NCBI GenBank assembly: GCA_900758845.1
Contig: CAAESW010000068.1
Location: 7,647 to 71,646 of the forward strand
From: an uncultured Collinsella sp.
Lineage (GTDB): Bacteria; Actinomycetota; Coriobacteriia; Coriobacteriales; Coriobacteriaceae
DNA length: 64,000 nt
Direction: 5' to 3'
The notes beneath the pieces were generated by a model. The model did not search any database and was not told the origin of the DNA. It saw nothing but the letters and a program-made list of their open reading frames with translations. Positions within the stretch are counted from its first letter, which is position 1. Every line of letters starts with the position of its first letter. The translations under genes were made by a program, and so were the position numbers. This document shows positions 1 through 9,756 of this stretch, piece after piece.

Positions 1-753
1 AAGAAGGGCAACGCGGATGCGTTCTTCTCCGCCGGCTCGACCGGTGCCATGACCGCCGCTGCCACCGCCTACGTGACGCCGTTTAGGTATCAGGCCGAAG
101 GCAAGAAGCAGCCGGTGCGCCCCTGTCTGACCAATGCGCTTCCCAATCGCGCCGGCGGTCTGACGGTGCTGTGCGATATGGGCGCCAACCCCGATGTCGA
201 GGTCGATGACATGGTGCGTTTTGCTCAGATGGGTAGCGCCTATGCTCGCGTCGTCCTGGGCATCGAGCATCCCCGCGTGGGCCTGCTTGCCAACGGCACC
301 GAGGACGAGAAGGGCTCCAACTTTACCAAGGCCTGCTTCCCGGCCATGAAAGCCGCCGTTCCCGGCTTTGTTGGTAACTGCGAGGGCACTGACCTCACCT
401 CAGGCAACTTCGATGTCGTCGTTGCCGATGGTATGTCGGGCAATATCGCTCTCAAAGCTACCGAGGGCGCTGCCAAGTTTTTGCTGCAGGAGCTCAAGGG
501 CGCCTTTATGGCCTCGCTCGGCACCAAGATCGCCGCACTGCTCATTAAAAAGCAGATGCGCGAGATAAAGGCCAAGCTCTCTGGCGACGCCAAGGGCGGC
601 GCGATTCTTTTGGGCCTGCGCGGCGTGGTCCTGATCGGCCATGGCGCTACCTCGGTCGAGGCTGTTAAAAACGGTACGCTCGCGGCGGCCGAAGCCGTGC
701 GCGCCGGGCTGGTCGAGAATGTCGCCAACTCTATGGACGGTATCGTTTTATAA
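1..753 (+). CDS. plsX: Phosphate acyltransferase PlsX (5' truncated by window edge)
   Basis: Frame is open from base 1 (ADAFFSAGSTGA). Motifs DMGAN, GNCEG, VVVADGMSGNIALK and GHG; lies upstream of acpP-rnc. Confidence 0.95.
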   Translation, partial: KKGNADAFFSAGSTGAMTAAATAYVTPFRYQAEGKKQPVRPCLTNALPNRAGGLTVLCDMGANPDVEVDDMVRFAQMGSAYARVVLGIEHPRVGLLANGTEDEKGSNFTKACFPAMKAAVPGFVGNCEGTDLTSGNFDVVVADGMSGNIALKATEGAAKFLLQELKGAFMASLGTKIAALLIKKQMREIKAKLSGDAKGGAILLGLRGVVLIGHGATSVEAVKNGTLAAAEAVRAGLVENVANSMDGIVL

Positions 754-877
754 GAGCGAGTTAGAGCGCTGTTATGTGCTTCGCGGCGCACGTCGTGGGG
801 TAGAATCAGAACCGTGTCTTGGTACCGCCCGGGCGGTACCATTCTTTTGGTATTCATGCACTATGAGAGGAAGCGCT

Positions 878-1120
878 ATGGACCGCTCCGAAATCTTCGA
901 CAAGATCGCCGAGGTCGCTGCTGACGTTCTGGGCGTCGATGTTGCCGAAATTAGCGAGGAGACCACCTTTGACGACCTCGATGCCAACTCGCTTGAGCGC
1001 CTGCAGCTGGTTACGGCTATCGAGGACGAGTTCAACCTCGAGATCGATGACGAGACCCTGCTCTCGCTCAACTCTGTCGCCGACGCCGTCGACGCTATCG
1101 AAGCTGCCAAGGAGGCCTAA
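878..1120 (+). CDS. acpP: Acyl carrier protein
   Basis: Acidic 80-aa protein with LDANSL at the phosphopantetheine serine; GAGAGG RBS before ATG 878; plsX-acpP-rnc synteny. Confidence 0.93.
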   Translation: MDRSEIFDKIAEVAADVLGVDVAEISEETTFDDLDANSLERLQLVTAIEDEFNLEIDDETLLSLNSVADAVDAIEAAKEA

Positions 1121-1123
1121 GTC

Positions 1124-1849
1124 TTGGCTTTATCCGAACGACTTACGCGCGCCCAGGAAATCCTGGGCCACGAGTTCAACAATAAGGTGCTGCTGCGCGC
1201 GGCGCTTACGCATCCCTCGGCAGTCGAGGGCCAGCCGGTTTCTGCCAGCTATGAGCGCCTTGAGTTCTTGGGCGATTCCATTTTGGGCGCTGTGGTCGCA
1301 CGCTCCCTGTTTGAGTCCTATCCGGAGTTTGACGAGGGTAAGCTCACGCGCCTGAAGGTGTCGCTTGTCTCGGGCGCTACGCTGTCCGAGGTTTCTCACG
1401 AGCTGGGCATCGACGACATCATCATCTTTGGTGCCTCCGAGACCGGTACCGGTGCGCGCGGCCTGCATTCGGCCCTTGAGAACGTCTATGAGTCGCTCGT
1501 GGGCGCGCTGTACCTGGATGCCGGCTGGGATGCCGCGGCGGAGTTCATTCACCGTACGCTTAAGCCGCATTTGGCTTCCGAGCGTGCCGAGCATCCTGCA
1601 AACCCCAAGTCGTTTTTGCAGGAGTGCGTGCAAGCCGACGGTCACGAGCCCCCGGCGTACAAGCTCGTTGGCTCCGAGGGCCCGGCGCATGCGCCCACCT
1701 TTACCGCTGTGGTTTTGATCGATGGTATTCGCCAGGGTCGCGGCTCCGGCTCCTCAAAGAAGGAAGCCGAGGGAGCTGCCGCGCTTGAAGCGCTCGACCG
1801 CATGGGTTACACCACCAACGGCGTGATTCTGAACAAGAAGCACGTGTAA
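1124..1849 (+). CDS. rnc: Ribonuclease III
   Basis: ERLEFLGD signature and C-terminal dsRBD (NPKSFLQE, GSSKKEAE); TTG start. Confidence 0.97.
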   Translation: MALSERLTRAQEILGHEFNNKVLLRAALTHPSAVEGQPVSASYERLEFLGDSILGAVVARSLFESYPEFDEGKLTRLKVSLVSGATLSEVSHELGIDDIIIFGASETGTGARGLHSALENVYESLVGALYLDAGWDAAAEFIHRTLKPHLASERAEHPANPKSFLQECVQADGHEPPAYKLVGSEGPAHAPTFTAVVLIDGIRQGRGSGSSKKEAEGAAALEALDRMGYTTNGVILNKKHV

Positions 1850-1859
1850 GCGAGGAACC

Positions 1860-4800
1860 GTGTATCTCAAGTCCCTTACGCTCAAGGGGTTCAAGTCGTT
1901 TGCCGACCGCGCCCATATGACGTTTGAGCCGGGCCTGACCGTCATCGTCGGTCCAAACGGCTCGGGAAAATCGAACATCTCTGACTCGATTCTGTGGGTC
2001 CTGGGCGAGCAGAGCGCCAAGCAGCTGCGCGGCCAGGCCATGGAGGATGTCATCTTCTCGGGCTCGTCGGCGCGCAAGCCGGTGGGTGTCGCCGAGGTCA
2101 CGCTGGTGCTCGATAACTCGGACCATATGTTGCCCGTCGACTTTGACGAGGTCGCCATCACCCGTCGCATGTATCGCTCGGGCGAAAGCGAGTACCTCAT
2201 CAACTCGAGTCCGTGCCGCCTGATGGACATTCAGGACATCCTGCACGATTCGGGCCTGGGCAAGGATACGCATTCCATCATCAGCCAGGGCAAGCTCGAC
2301 GCCATTTTGCAGAGCCGCCCCGAGGAGCGTCGCGCCCTCATCGAGGAGGCCGCCGGCATTTCCAAGCACAAGCGCCGCAAGGAGCGAGCGCTCAAAAAGA
2401 TTAAGTCGATGGACGAGCACCTGACGCGTGCCCGCGACATCAATAAGGAAATCGCCCGTCAGCTGCGACCGCTGGAGCGTCAGGTCGATCGCGCGCGCAA
2501 GTACAAAGAGCTGTCCTCGCGCGCGAACGAGCTTACGCAGATGCTGGCTGTCGATGAGCTTCGTTCGCTGCAGTCGCAGTGGAACGACCTGGAGAGCCGC
2601 TCCAAGGAAGGTGCTGCCGAGCTGGAGCTTGCGCAGTACCGCATGAGCGAAAAGGAGCGCGAGCTCGAGAAGCTCCAGGTTATGCTTGAGGAAAAGGGCC
2701 TGTTTGTGGGCGACTTGGGCGAGCAGCGCCGCCATATGCAAGATGTGGTCGGCCGTATTAACTCCGACATGCGCCTGCTCGAGGAAAAGGGTCACAACAT
2801 GGTGTCGCGCCTGTCTGACATGCGCGGGCAGATTTCGAGCTCCGAGCATCAGCGTCGTCGCGTGGTCGAGGAGCTCGAGGACGCGCGTGCGCAGCTTGAG
2901 GAAGTGACCGGCGCGCACATGCAGGCCCAGGAGGACGTTGACGCCGCTGGTCCTGCCGCCGCAGAGCTCCACGAGCGGCGCGTGGCGCTCGACAATCAGA
3001 TTTCGCAGCTTACGCGTGAGCAACGCGATGTGCAGCGCGTGGCCGACAACGCCGCGCTCGAGCTCGCCAAGGTGAAGGACTCGCTGAGCAATGCCGAGGT
3101 CGAGGACAACATGTATGCCTCGCGCCTGGAGCAGATTGACGAGCAGCTCGAGGAGGTCACGGCCTCGCTCGAGAGCCGTCGCAACCGCGCAGAGGAGCTT
3201 GAGGGTGCTCTTGAGGAAGCGCGCCAGGCCCAGGCCGATGCGCGTGAGGCCACCGAGGTCGCCCGTGCAGCCCTGAAGGACTTGCGTAATCGTGAGAGTG
3301 AGGCGCGCAACAAGCTGTCCGAGGTGCGCTCGGAGCTTGCCAGCCAAAAGAAACTCGATGCCCGCATGGCCGACAGCTCGCCGCTCGTGAGCCGTCTGGT
3401 GGGTGCGCTGGGCGACGATGTCTTGGGTCGTCTGGGCGACGTGCTGGAGGCCCCGCGCGAGCTCGAGGGTCTGGTCGAGCAGCTGCTTGCCGGCGATATC
3501 GATGCTCTTTTGTTTGATGACGCCGCTACGCTTGAGCGCGCCGGTCGTGCGGCTCTGGACCAAAAGAAGGCCTCGGGCGAGGCACTGCTGGTGACGCGCG
3601 GCGTGAGCGGCGGTGCTGCTGCTAAGGGCGCTGCCGGTTCTCGTCTGGTCGACCGTCTGTCCGTGCGTGCCGGGTATGGTCCGGTTGTCGAGGCGCTGCT
3701 CGGCGGCTATTACGTGGTCGATGACTTGGCTACCGCTCTGGCGGCACCAGTCGTTGACGGCGTGACCTATGTGACTCCCGATGGCGCCCGCGTGAGCTGT
3801 GGCGGCCTGGTGCGCGTTGGGCTCGATGCCGGCGAGGCTTCGGGTGCCCTGGAGCGCAAGCGTCGCATTCGCGAGTTAGAGGGCCTGGAGCCCGATCTGG
3901 CCGCCGTGTTTGAGCGTGTGTCGGATCAGGTCGTCGAGGCCAATGCGGCCGTCGAGGAGGCGCGTGCCGCCGAGGGCGATGCCGCCGGCGAGATCGCCCG
4001 TCTTGAGGGCGAGCGACGCTCGCTGCTTTCCGAGATCGGCCGCTTGGAGCAAAGTGCCAACAATGCCGAGGTCGAGCGCGTGCGCATCTCCAAGCGCCGT
4101 GAGCAGGCCGCCGAGGCCGTTCGCGCTGCGCGTCCGCGCGTTGACGAGCTCACCCGTTCGCGCGACGAGGCCCGTGCGCAGGCAAGCGACCTGGGTCTCC
4201 AGATTGCCGAAGCCAACGACGAACTCGATCGCGTGCGCCGTGACGATTCCGACGCAGCCGGCAAGCTCGCCGATGCCAAGGTCCGCCTGGCTCAGACGAG
4301 CGAGCGTCTGCGTTCGCTGAAGGGCCGTGTGCCTGACCTGGAGCATCGCCTGGAGGGCATCGACCGCCGTATCCGCGGAACACGCCAGGCCTCGCGCTCA
4401 CTCGAGCTGCTGCGCCTGCGCGTCGATCCCATGCACGAGCGCTATTCGGCCCTGCTGGAGCGCGCGTCGGATTGGGCTGCGCGTCTGCGTGACCAGGCTT
4501 CGCTCGAGGAGGCGGACTCGGCCTCGCTTAAGAAGACCATCGAAGACGCCAAGGCCGAGGTTGCTCGTGCCAAGGAGCGGGTCGATGCCGCCACGGTGAC
4601 GCAAAACGAGTTCAAGGTCGCACGTGGCAAGCTCGAGGTGCAGGTAGAGGCGGCCATCAAGGCCATTACCGCCGATGGCACCACGGTGCTCGAGGAAGCG
4701 CTCATGCTTCCTGCTCCCACTGACCGCGATGCCGCCGAACGTGAGCTCAACCAGCTCGTGCGCCAGATCAACAACCTGGGTCCTGTGAACCAGGTTGCCA

Positions 4801-5396
4801 TGGAGGAGTACGAGCAGCTCAAGCGCCGCGCTGATTACATCGAGGAGCAGCTGGCCGATCTGGAGAGCGCGCGCAAGGCGCTCACCAAGATCACCGTGGC
4901 TATCGACCGCAAGATGCGTAAGGCCTTCCTGGTGACCTTCGAGAAGGTCGATGCGAACTTCCGCGAGATCTTCGCCATGCTGTTCCCGGGTGGCCAGGCA
5001 CATCTGGAGATGACCGATCCCGAGCATCCGGCCGAGACAGGCATCGAGGTCGTGGCGCAGCCGCGCGGCAAGCGCATCACCAAGATGATGCTCATGTCGG
5101 GCGGCGAGAAGAGCCTGACGGCGCTCGCCCTGCTCTTTGCCGTGTATCGCACGCGTACGGTGCCGTTCTATGTGCTGGACGAGGTCGAGGCGGCACTCGA
5201 CGACGCCAACCTGTCCAAGCTCATCGGCGCGCTCGACGTGTTGCGTTCCGATACGCAGCTCTTGGTTATCTCGCATCAGCGCCGTACTATGGAGGACGCT
5301 GACGTCCTCTACGGCGTCTCGATGCAAGCCGACGGCGTCAGTCGCGTCGTCTCGCAAAAACTCGATCGCGAAACCGGAAAGGTCGTGAATGCATAA
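1860..5396 (+). CDS. smc: Chromosome segregation protein SMC
   Basis: GPNGSGKSN Walker A, long coiled coils, MSGGEK signature, LDEVEAALD Walker B. Confidence 0.98.
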   Translation: MYLKSLTLKGFKSFADRAHMTFEPGLTVIVGPNGSGKSNISDSILWVLGEQSAKQLRGQAMEDVIFSGSSARKPVGVAEVTLVLDNSDHMLPVDFDEVAITRRMYRSGESEYLINSSPCRLMDIQDILHDSGLGKDTHSIISQGKLDAILQSRPEERRALIEEAAGISKHKRRKERALKKIKSMDEHLTRARDINKEIARQLRPLERQVDRARKYKELSSRANELTQMLAVDELRSLQSQWNDLESRSKEGAAELELAQYRMSEKERELEKLQVMLEEKGLFVGDLGEQRRHMQDVVGRINSDMRLLEEKGHNMVSRLSDMRGQISSSEHQRRRVVEELEDARAQLEEVTGAHMQAQEDVDAAGPAAAELHERRVALDNQISQLTREQRDVQRVADNAALELAKVKDSLSNAEVEDNMYASRLEQIDEQLEEVTASLESRRNRAEELEGALEEARQAQADAREATEVARAALKDLRNRESEARNKLSEVRSELASQKKLDARMADSSPLVSRLVGALGDDVLGRLGDVLEAPRELEGLVEQLLAGDIDALLFDDAATLERAGRAALDQKKASGEALLVTRGVSGGAAAKGAAGSRLVDRLSVRAGYGPVVEALLGGYYVVDDLATALAAPVVDGVTYVTPDGARVSCGGLVRVGLDAGEASGALERKRRIRELEGLEPDLAAVFERVSDQVVEANAAVEEARAAEGDAAGEIARLEGERRSLLSEIGRLEQSANNAEVERVRISKRREQAAEAVRAARPRVDELTRSRDEARAQASDLGLQIAEANDELDRVRRDDSDAAGKLADAKVRLAQTSERLRSLKGRVPDLEHRLEGIDRRIRGTRQASRSLELLRLRVDPMHERYSALLERASDWAARLRDQASLEEADSASLKKTIEDAKAEVARAKERVDAATVTQNEFKVARGKLEVQVEAAIKAITADGTTVLEEALMLPAPTDRDAAERELNQLVRQINNLGPVNQVAMEEYEQLKRRADYIEEQLADLESARKALTKITVAIDRKMRKAFLVTFEKVDANFREIFAMLFPGGQAHLEMTDPEHPAETGIEVVAQPRGKRITKMMLMSGGEKSLTALALLFAVYRTRTVPFYVLDEVEAALDDANLSKLIGALDVLRSDTQLLVISHQRRTMEDADVLYGVSMQADGVSRVVSQKLDRETGKVVNA

Positions 5397-6313
5397 TGGG
5401 ATTCTTCGATGCTCTCTCGCGTGGACTTGAGCGTAGCCGCGAGGCCCTCAACGAGGTCTTTTATTTTGGCGGTGAGGTCGACGAGGATTTTTGGGAGGAC
5501 CTGGAGGACACCCTCGTCATGGGTGACATGGGTGCCGAGATCGCCATTCAGGTCTCTGATGACCTGCGCGATGCCGCGGCCAAGAAGAACCTCAAGACCG
5601 CTCCACAGCTTCGCCGTGCCCTGGCCGAGCAGCTTGAGCAGCACTTTGTGCCCATCGAGCGCGATCCGTTCTCCGATACGCCGAGCTGCGTGCTGTTTGT
5701 GGGCATTAACGGTGCCGGCAAGACCACGACGGTCGGTAAGATCGCGAGCGCCATGGCCGCCCGCGGCAAGAACGTCGTGATCGGTTCGGCCGATACCTTC
5801 CGTGCTGCCGCTATCGAGCAGCTCGATGTGTGGGGCCAGCGCGCTGGCGTCCCCGTCATCAAGCGCGACCGCGGCTCCGACCCGGCAAGTGTTTGCTACG
5901 ACGTGCTCGACGAGGCCGACAAGCGCGGCAGCGACCTGGTGCTTATCGATACCGCCGGCCGTCTACACACGAGCCCTGAGCTCATGCGCGAGCTTGCCAA
6001 GGTGGTCAATGTGACCCGTAAGCGCGCCGCCAATATGGCCGCCGGTCCCATGCCGGTTTCGGTCGTGCTTGTGATCGACGCCGCGACGGGCCAAAACGGT
6101 CTGAACCAGGCGCTCGAGTTTAACGAGGCGCTGGGCCTGGACGGTATTATCATGACTAAGCTCGACGGCACGGCTAAGGGCGGTATCGCCATGGCCGTGG
6201 CCGAGAAACTCAAGCTCCCGATCCTGCGCGTGGGCGTGGGCGAGCAGGTCGATGATCTGCAGGAGTTCAATGCCAAAGATTTCTGCCGCGCCCTGGTGGG
6301 CGAGTCCAATTAA
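5396..6313 (+). CDS. ftsY: SRP receptor FtsY
   Basis: GINGAGKTTT, DTFRAAA, DTAGR and TKLDGTAKGG motifs. Confidence 0.97.
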   Translation: MGFFDALSRGLERSREALNEVFYFGGEVDEDFWEDLEDTLVMGDMGAEIAIQVSDDLRDAAAKKNLKTAPQLRRALAEQLEQHFVPIERDPFSDTPSCVLFVGINGAGKTTTVGKIASAMAARGKNVVIGSADTFRAAAIEQLDVWGQRAGVPVIKRDRGSDPASVCYDVLDEADKRGSDLVLIDTAGRLHTSPELMRELAKVVNVTRKRAANMAAGPMPVSVVLVIDAATGQNGLNQALEFNEALGLDGIIMTKLDGTAKGGIAMAVAEKLKLPILRVGVGEQVDDLQEFNAKDFCRALVGESN

Positions 6314-6323
6314 GGAGTGACTA

Positions 6324-7808
6324 GTGTTTGATTCCCTGAGCGATCGCCTCAACGACACATTTGACCGCCTGCGCGGCAAGGGCAAGCTGACCGAGGCCGA
6401 TATTACTTCGGCCATGCGCGATATTCGCATGGCGCTGCTCGAGGCCGACGTCAACTTTAAGGTCGTCAAGGAGTTCGTCGCCAAGACCAAGGAGCGCTGC
6501 ATGACCGCCGAGGTCATGGAGTCGCTGTCGCCGGCGCAAAACGTCGTCAAGATCGTGCTCGACGAGCTCACCGAGATGCTTGGCTCAACCGAGAGCAAGC
6601 TCGTCTTTAGCAACCGCATTCCCAATGTCATCATGCTTGTGGGTCTGCAGGGCTCCGGTAAGACCACGGCTGCCGTAAAGCTGGCCTACCTGCTCAAGAA
6701 GCAGGGCCGCTCGCCGTTGCTCGCCGCGTGCGACGTCTACCGTCCCGCTGCTGCCGACCAGCTGGCCACGCTCGGTGGCGAGATCGGCGTACCGGTCTTC
6801 CGCGGCGACGGTGCGCACCCGGTCGATATCGCCAAGGGCGCCATCCAGGAGGCCGTCGACCACCTGCGCGACGTGGTCATCGTCGATACCGCCGGACGTC
6901 TTCAGATCGATGAGCAGATGATGCAGGAGGCCGTGGACATCAAGAAGGCCGTCAAGCCCGATCAGGTGCTGATGGTCGTCGATGCCATGACCGGTCAGGA
7001 TATCGTCAACGTCGTCTCGACCTTTGCCGAGCGCACCGACTTTGACGGCGTGATTATCTCTAAGCTCGACGGCGACGCCCGTGGCGGCGGCGCGCTTTCC
7101 GTGCGCCAGGTGACCGGCAAGCCCATCAAGTTTGTGAGCATGGGCGAGAAGCCCGATTCGCTGGAGCCGTTCTACCCCGATCGTATGGCCAAGCGCATTC
7201 TGGGTATGGGCGACGTTGTCGGCATTATCGAGAAGGCCCAGGAGGCGGCCGACGCCGAGCAGCTCGAGGCCGCCGAGCGCATGCTGCGCGAGGGCTTTAC
7301 CATGAACGACATGCTCGACCAGATGAAGGCCGTCAAGAAGATGGGCGGCATGAAGGGCATTCTGGGCATGCTCCCCGGTGGCCAGCGTGCGCTTAACCAG
7401 ATGGGTGGTAACCTGGACGAAGGTATCTTCGATAAGAACGAGGCCATCATCATGTCGATGACCAAGGAGGAGCGCCTTCGCCCCTCCATCATCAACGGCC
7501 AGCGCCGTGCCCGCATTGCCAAGGGCGCCGGCGTGACCCCCACCGAGGTCAATAGCCTTATGAAGCAGTGGGGCGAGATGAATAAGATGATGGGCCGCAT
7601 GCGCACGATGGCCAATCAGGCGCAGGCCGGCGGCAAGAAGGGCAAGAAGGGTAAGAAGGGTAAGAAGGGCAAAAAGATGCGCATGCCCAATATTCCCGGT
7701 CTGGATGCCATGGGGCTGGGCGGCATGGGCGGCCTGGGAACGGGCGGCCCCAAGTCCGATATGGACCTGCTGCGCCAGATGGAAGCGCAGATGCGCAACA
7801 AGAAGTAA
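6324..7808 (+). CDS. ffh: Signal recognition particle protein Ffh
   Basis: GLQGSGKTT, DTAGR, KLDGDARGG, Met-rich M domain with RIAKGAG. Confidence 0.98.
   Translation: MFDSLSDRLNDTFDRLRGKGKLTEADITSAMRDIRMALLEADVNFKVVKEFVAKTKERCMTAEVMESLSPAQNVVKIVLDELTEMLGSTESKLVFSNRIPNVIMLVGLQGSGKTTAAVKLAYLLKKQGRSPLLAACDVYRPAAADQLATLGGEIGVPVFRGDGAHPVDIAKGAIQEAVDHLRDVVIVDTAGRLQIDEQMMQEAVDIKKAVKPDQVLMVVDAMTGQDIVNVVSTFAERTDFDGVIISKLDGDARGGGALSVRQVTGKPIKFVSMGEKPDSLEPFYPDRMAKRILGMGDVVGIIEKAQEAADAEQLEAAERMLREGFTMNDMLDQMKAVKKMGGMKGILGMLPGGQRALNQMGGNLDEGIFDKNEAIIMSMTKEERLRPSIINGQRRARIAKGAGVTPTEVNSLMKQWGEMNKMMGRMRTMANQAQAGGKKGKKGKKGKKGKKMRMPNIPGLDAMGLGGMGGLGTGGPKSDMDLLRQMEAQMRNKK
7632..7676 (+). repeat. 9-bp tandem repeat (GGYAAGAAG-like x5) encoding (GKK)5 in the Ffh C-terminal tail
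   Basis: Read directly: ggcaagaag ggcaagaag ggtaagaag ggtaagaag ggcaaaaag. Confidence 0.9.
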
Positions 7809-7828
7809 CGACTAGTTGAGTCGTGTAT

Positions 7829-7873
7829 GGCGAAGGCCGTCTGGATGGTATTCCAGGCGGCCTTCGCCGTTTG
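7829..7873 (+). terminator. Hairpin terminator after ffh, between convergent genes
   Basis: Stem ggcgaaggccgtctgga / tccaggcggccttcgcc followed by gttt. Confidence 0.65.
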
Positions 7874-7924
7874 TTCGCTGGTTGTCGCACGCGTGGAAGC
7901 GCGTTCTCGACGAGGTGCTTGCCG

Positions 7925-8689
7925 CTAGTGGCAGCCGCAGCCTTCGTGCCCGTCATGGTCGTGGTGACCGTGGCAGCCGCAGGACTCGCCATGCTCGTGG
8001 ATGTGCTCGTGATCATGTCCATGGCAGTCGCAGGTGGCCTCGCCGTTCTGTGCGAGCGTGCCGGCAATGAGGGCCTCGACGCAGGCATCGCAGCTGCCCT
8101 GGGCGCCCGCATAGACCGTGATGCCGGCTTGGGCAAGCGCGTTGATAGCGCCGCCGCCGATACCGCCGCAAATGAGCGTGTCAACGCCACCGTTGGCAAG
8201 CAGGCCCGCCAAGGCGCCGTGGCCGGTGCCACCGGTGCCTACGACCTGCTCGTTGAGCACCTTGCCATCCTGGATGTCGTAGATCTTGAACTGCTCGCTG
8301 CGGCCAAAGTGCATAAAGATGTTGCCGTTGTCGTACGTCGTTGCCACCCTCATGGTGCCGACCTCCTTTGCTGGCCATGCGGCCGTCGTCGTGGCGATGG
8401 GGGAGTACGCGATATTGCCGCCCTCGATGACGAGCGCTCGTCCGTTGACCAGCGCGTTTGCCACCTTGCGATGCGCGCGACTGCTGATTGCCGCCACCGT
8501 GGCGCGGGCGATGCCCATGTGCAGGGCGACGGCCTCCTGATTGAGGCCCTCCAGATCGCACAGGCGCAGCACCTCAAGCTCGTCGACGGTCATGTCGATG
8601 GCATCACCGCTGGCCAGGCCATCGGGGGTAAAGCCGCGGTATTCGGGGATGATCCCGACGCGGCGCAGTTTTTCGCGTCTTCCTGCCAT
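7925..8689 (-). CDS. DUF134 DNA-binding domain fused to a NifB/NifX-family (dinitrogenase FeMo-cofactor-binding) domain, with His/Cys-rich tail
   Basis: N-terminal ELEVLRLCDLEGLNQEAVALHMGIARAT (DUF134 HTH); MHFGRSEQF and ICGGIGGGA (NifB/X family); tail CDCHGHDHEHIHEHGESCGCHGHHDHDGHEGCGCH; AAGGAG RBS before ATG 8689. Confidence 0.85.
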   Translation of the reverse strand: MAGRREKLRRVGIIPEYRGFTPDGLASGDAIDMTVDELEVLRLCDLEGLNQEAVALHMGIARATVAAISSRAHRKVANALVNGRALVIEGGNIAYSPIATTTAAWPAKEVGTMRVATTYDNGNIFMHFGRSEQFKIYDIQDGKVLNEQVVGTGGTGHGALAGLLANGGVDTLICGGIGGGAINALAQAGITVYAGAQGSCDACVEALIAGTLAQNGEATCDCHGHDHEHIHEHGESCGCHGHHDHDGHEGCGCH

Positions 8690-8703
8690 GCACACTCCTT
8701 ATC

Positions 8704-8772
8704 TGACATATGTCAACAATAGGATAACGCGTTAGTCGTTGGGCGCAAGGCATTTCTGTCATATGTCAGAAA
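8704..8772. promoter_or_regulatory. Two palindromic candidate operators, TGACATATGTCA (8704-8715) and TTTCTGTCATATGTCAGAAA (8753-8772)
   Basis: One perfect and one near-perfect dyad directly upstream of the DUF134 gene. Confidence 0.6.
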
Positions 8773-8907
8773 AAGGCTAAGATGCCTCGTTGCCGCATGC
8801 GGAGCCGCGCTGCCGTGCATTGCGTGTGCCGGACTAAGTGTCCAATTCGACACTCGCGCGCCTGGGCTACAATAAATCTCGCTTATAGGCGACTGACAGG
8901 AGGGTCA

Positions 8908-9756
8908 ATGAGCAAAGCTGATCAGCAGTTTGTAACCATGTGCCGCGATATCTTGGACCATGGCACCACCACCGAGGGCCAAAAGGTCCGTCCGGTGTGG
9001 GAGGACGGCACCCCTGCCTATACCATTAAAAACTTTGGTGTCACGGCGCGCTATGATCTGCGCGAGGAGTTCCCCGCGCTCACCCTGCGTCGTACGGCGC
9101 TTAAGTCTGCCATGGACGAGATTCTGTGGATCTATCAAAAGAAGTCCAATAACGTGCATGATCTCAACAGCCATATCTGGGATGAGTGGGCCGATGAGAC
9201 CGGTTCCATCGGTAAAGCCTACGGCTATCAGATTGGTCAGAAGAGCCATTACGTCGAGGGCGACTTCGACCAGATGGACCGTGTGCTGTACGACCTTAAG
9301 CACACGCCGTATAGTCGCCGCATTATGACCAATACGTACGTGTTTAGCGATCTGTCCGAGATGCACCTTTATCCGTGCGCCTATAGCGTGACCTATAACG
9401 TGACGCAGCGTCCTCAGGACGACAAGCCGACGCTCAACATGATTCTCAACCAGCGCAGCCAGGACATTTTGGCCGCGAACAACTGGAACGTGTGCCAGTA
9501 CGCCATTTTGCTGATGATGGTCGCGCAGTCGGTCGATATGATTCCCGGTGAGCTGCTGCACGTGATCGCCGACGCCCATATCTATGATCGTCATGTCGAT
9601 ATCGTCCGCGAGCTTATCGAGCGTCCGCAGTTTGCGGCACCCAAGGTAACGCTCAACCCCGATGTGCATGACTTCTATGCGTTTACGACCGATGACCTGA
9701 TCGTCGAGGGCTATGAGCACGGCCCGCAGGTCAAGAACATTCCCATTGCGGTGTAG
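8908..9756 (+). CDS. thyA: Thymidylate synthase
   Basis: IWDEWAD, YGYQ, SRRI, LYPC catalytic Cys, QRSQD, AHIYDRH; AGGAGG RBS. Confidence 0.96.
   Translation: MSKADQQFVTMCRDILDHGTTTEGQKVRPVWEDGTPAYTIKNFGVTARYDLREEFPALTLRRTALKSAMDEILWIYQKKSNNVHDLNSHIWDEWADETGSIGKAYGYQIGQKSHYVEGDFDQMDRVLYDLKHTPYSRRIMTNTYVFSDLSEMHLYPCAYSVTYNVTQRPQDDKPTLNMILNQRSQDILAANNWNVCQYAILLMMVAQSVDMIPGELLHVIADAHIYDRHVDIVRELIERPQFAAPKVTLNPDVHDFYAFTTDDLIVEGYEHGPQVKNIPIAV

Noticed and set aside
1701..5357. 620-aa and 319-aa antisense ORFs within smc
   Set aside because: Shadow frames of a GC-rich coiled-coil gene.
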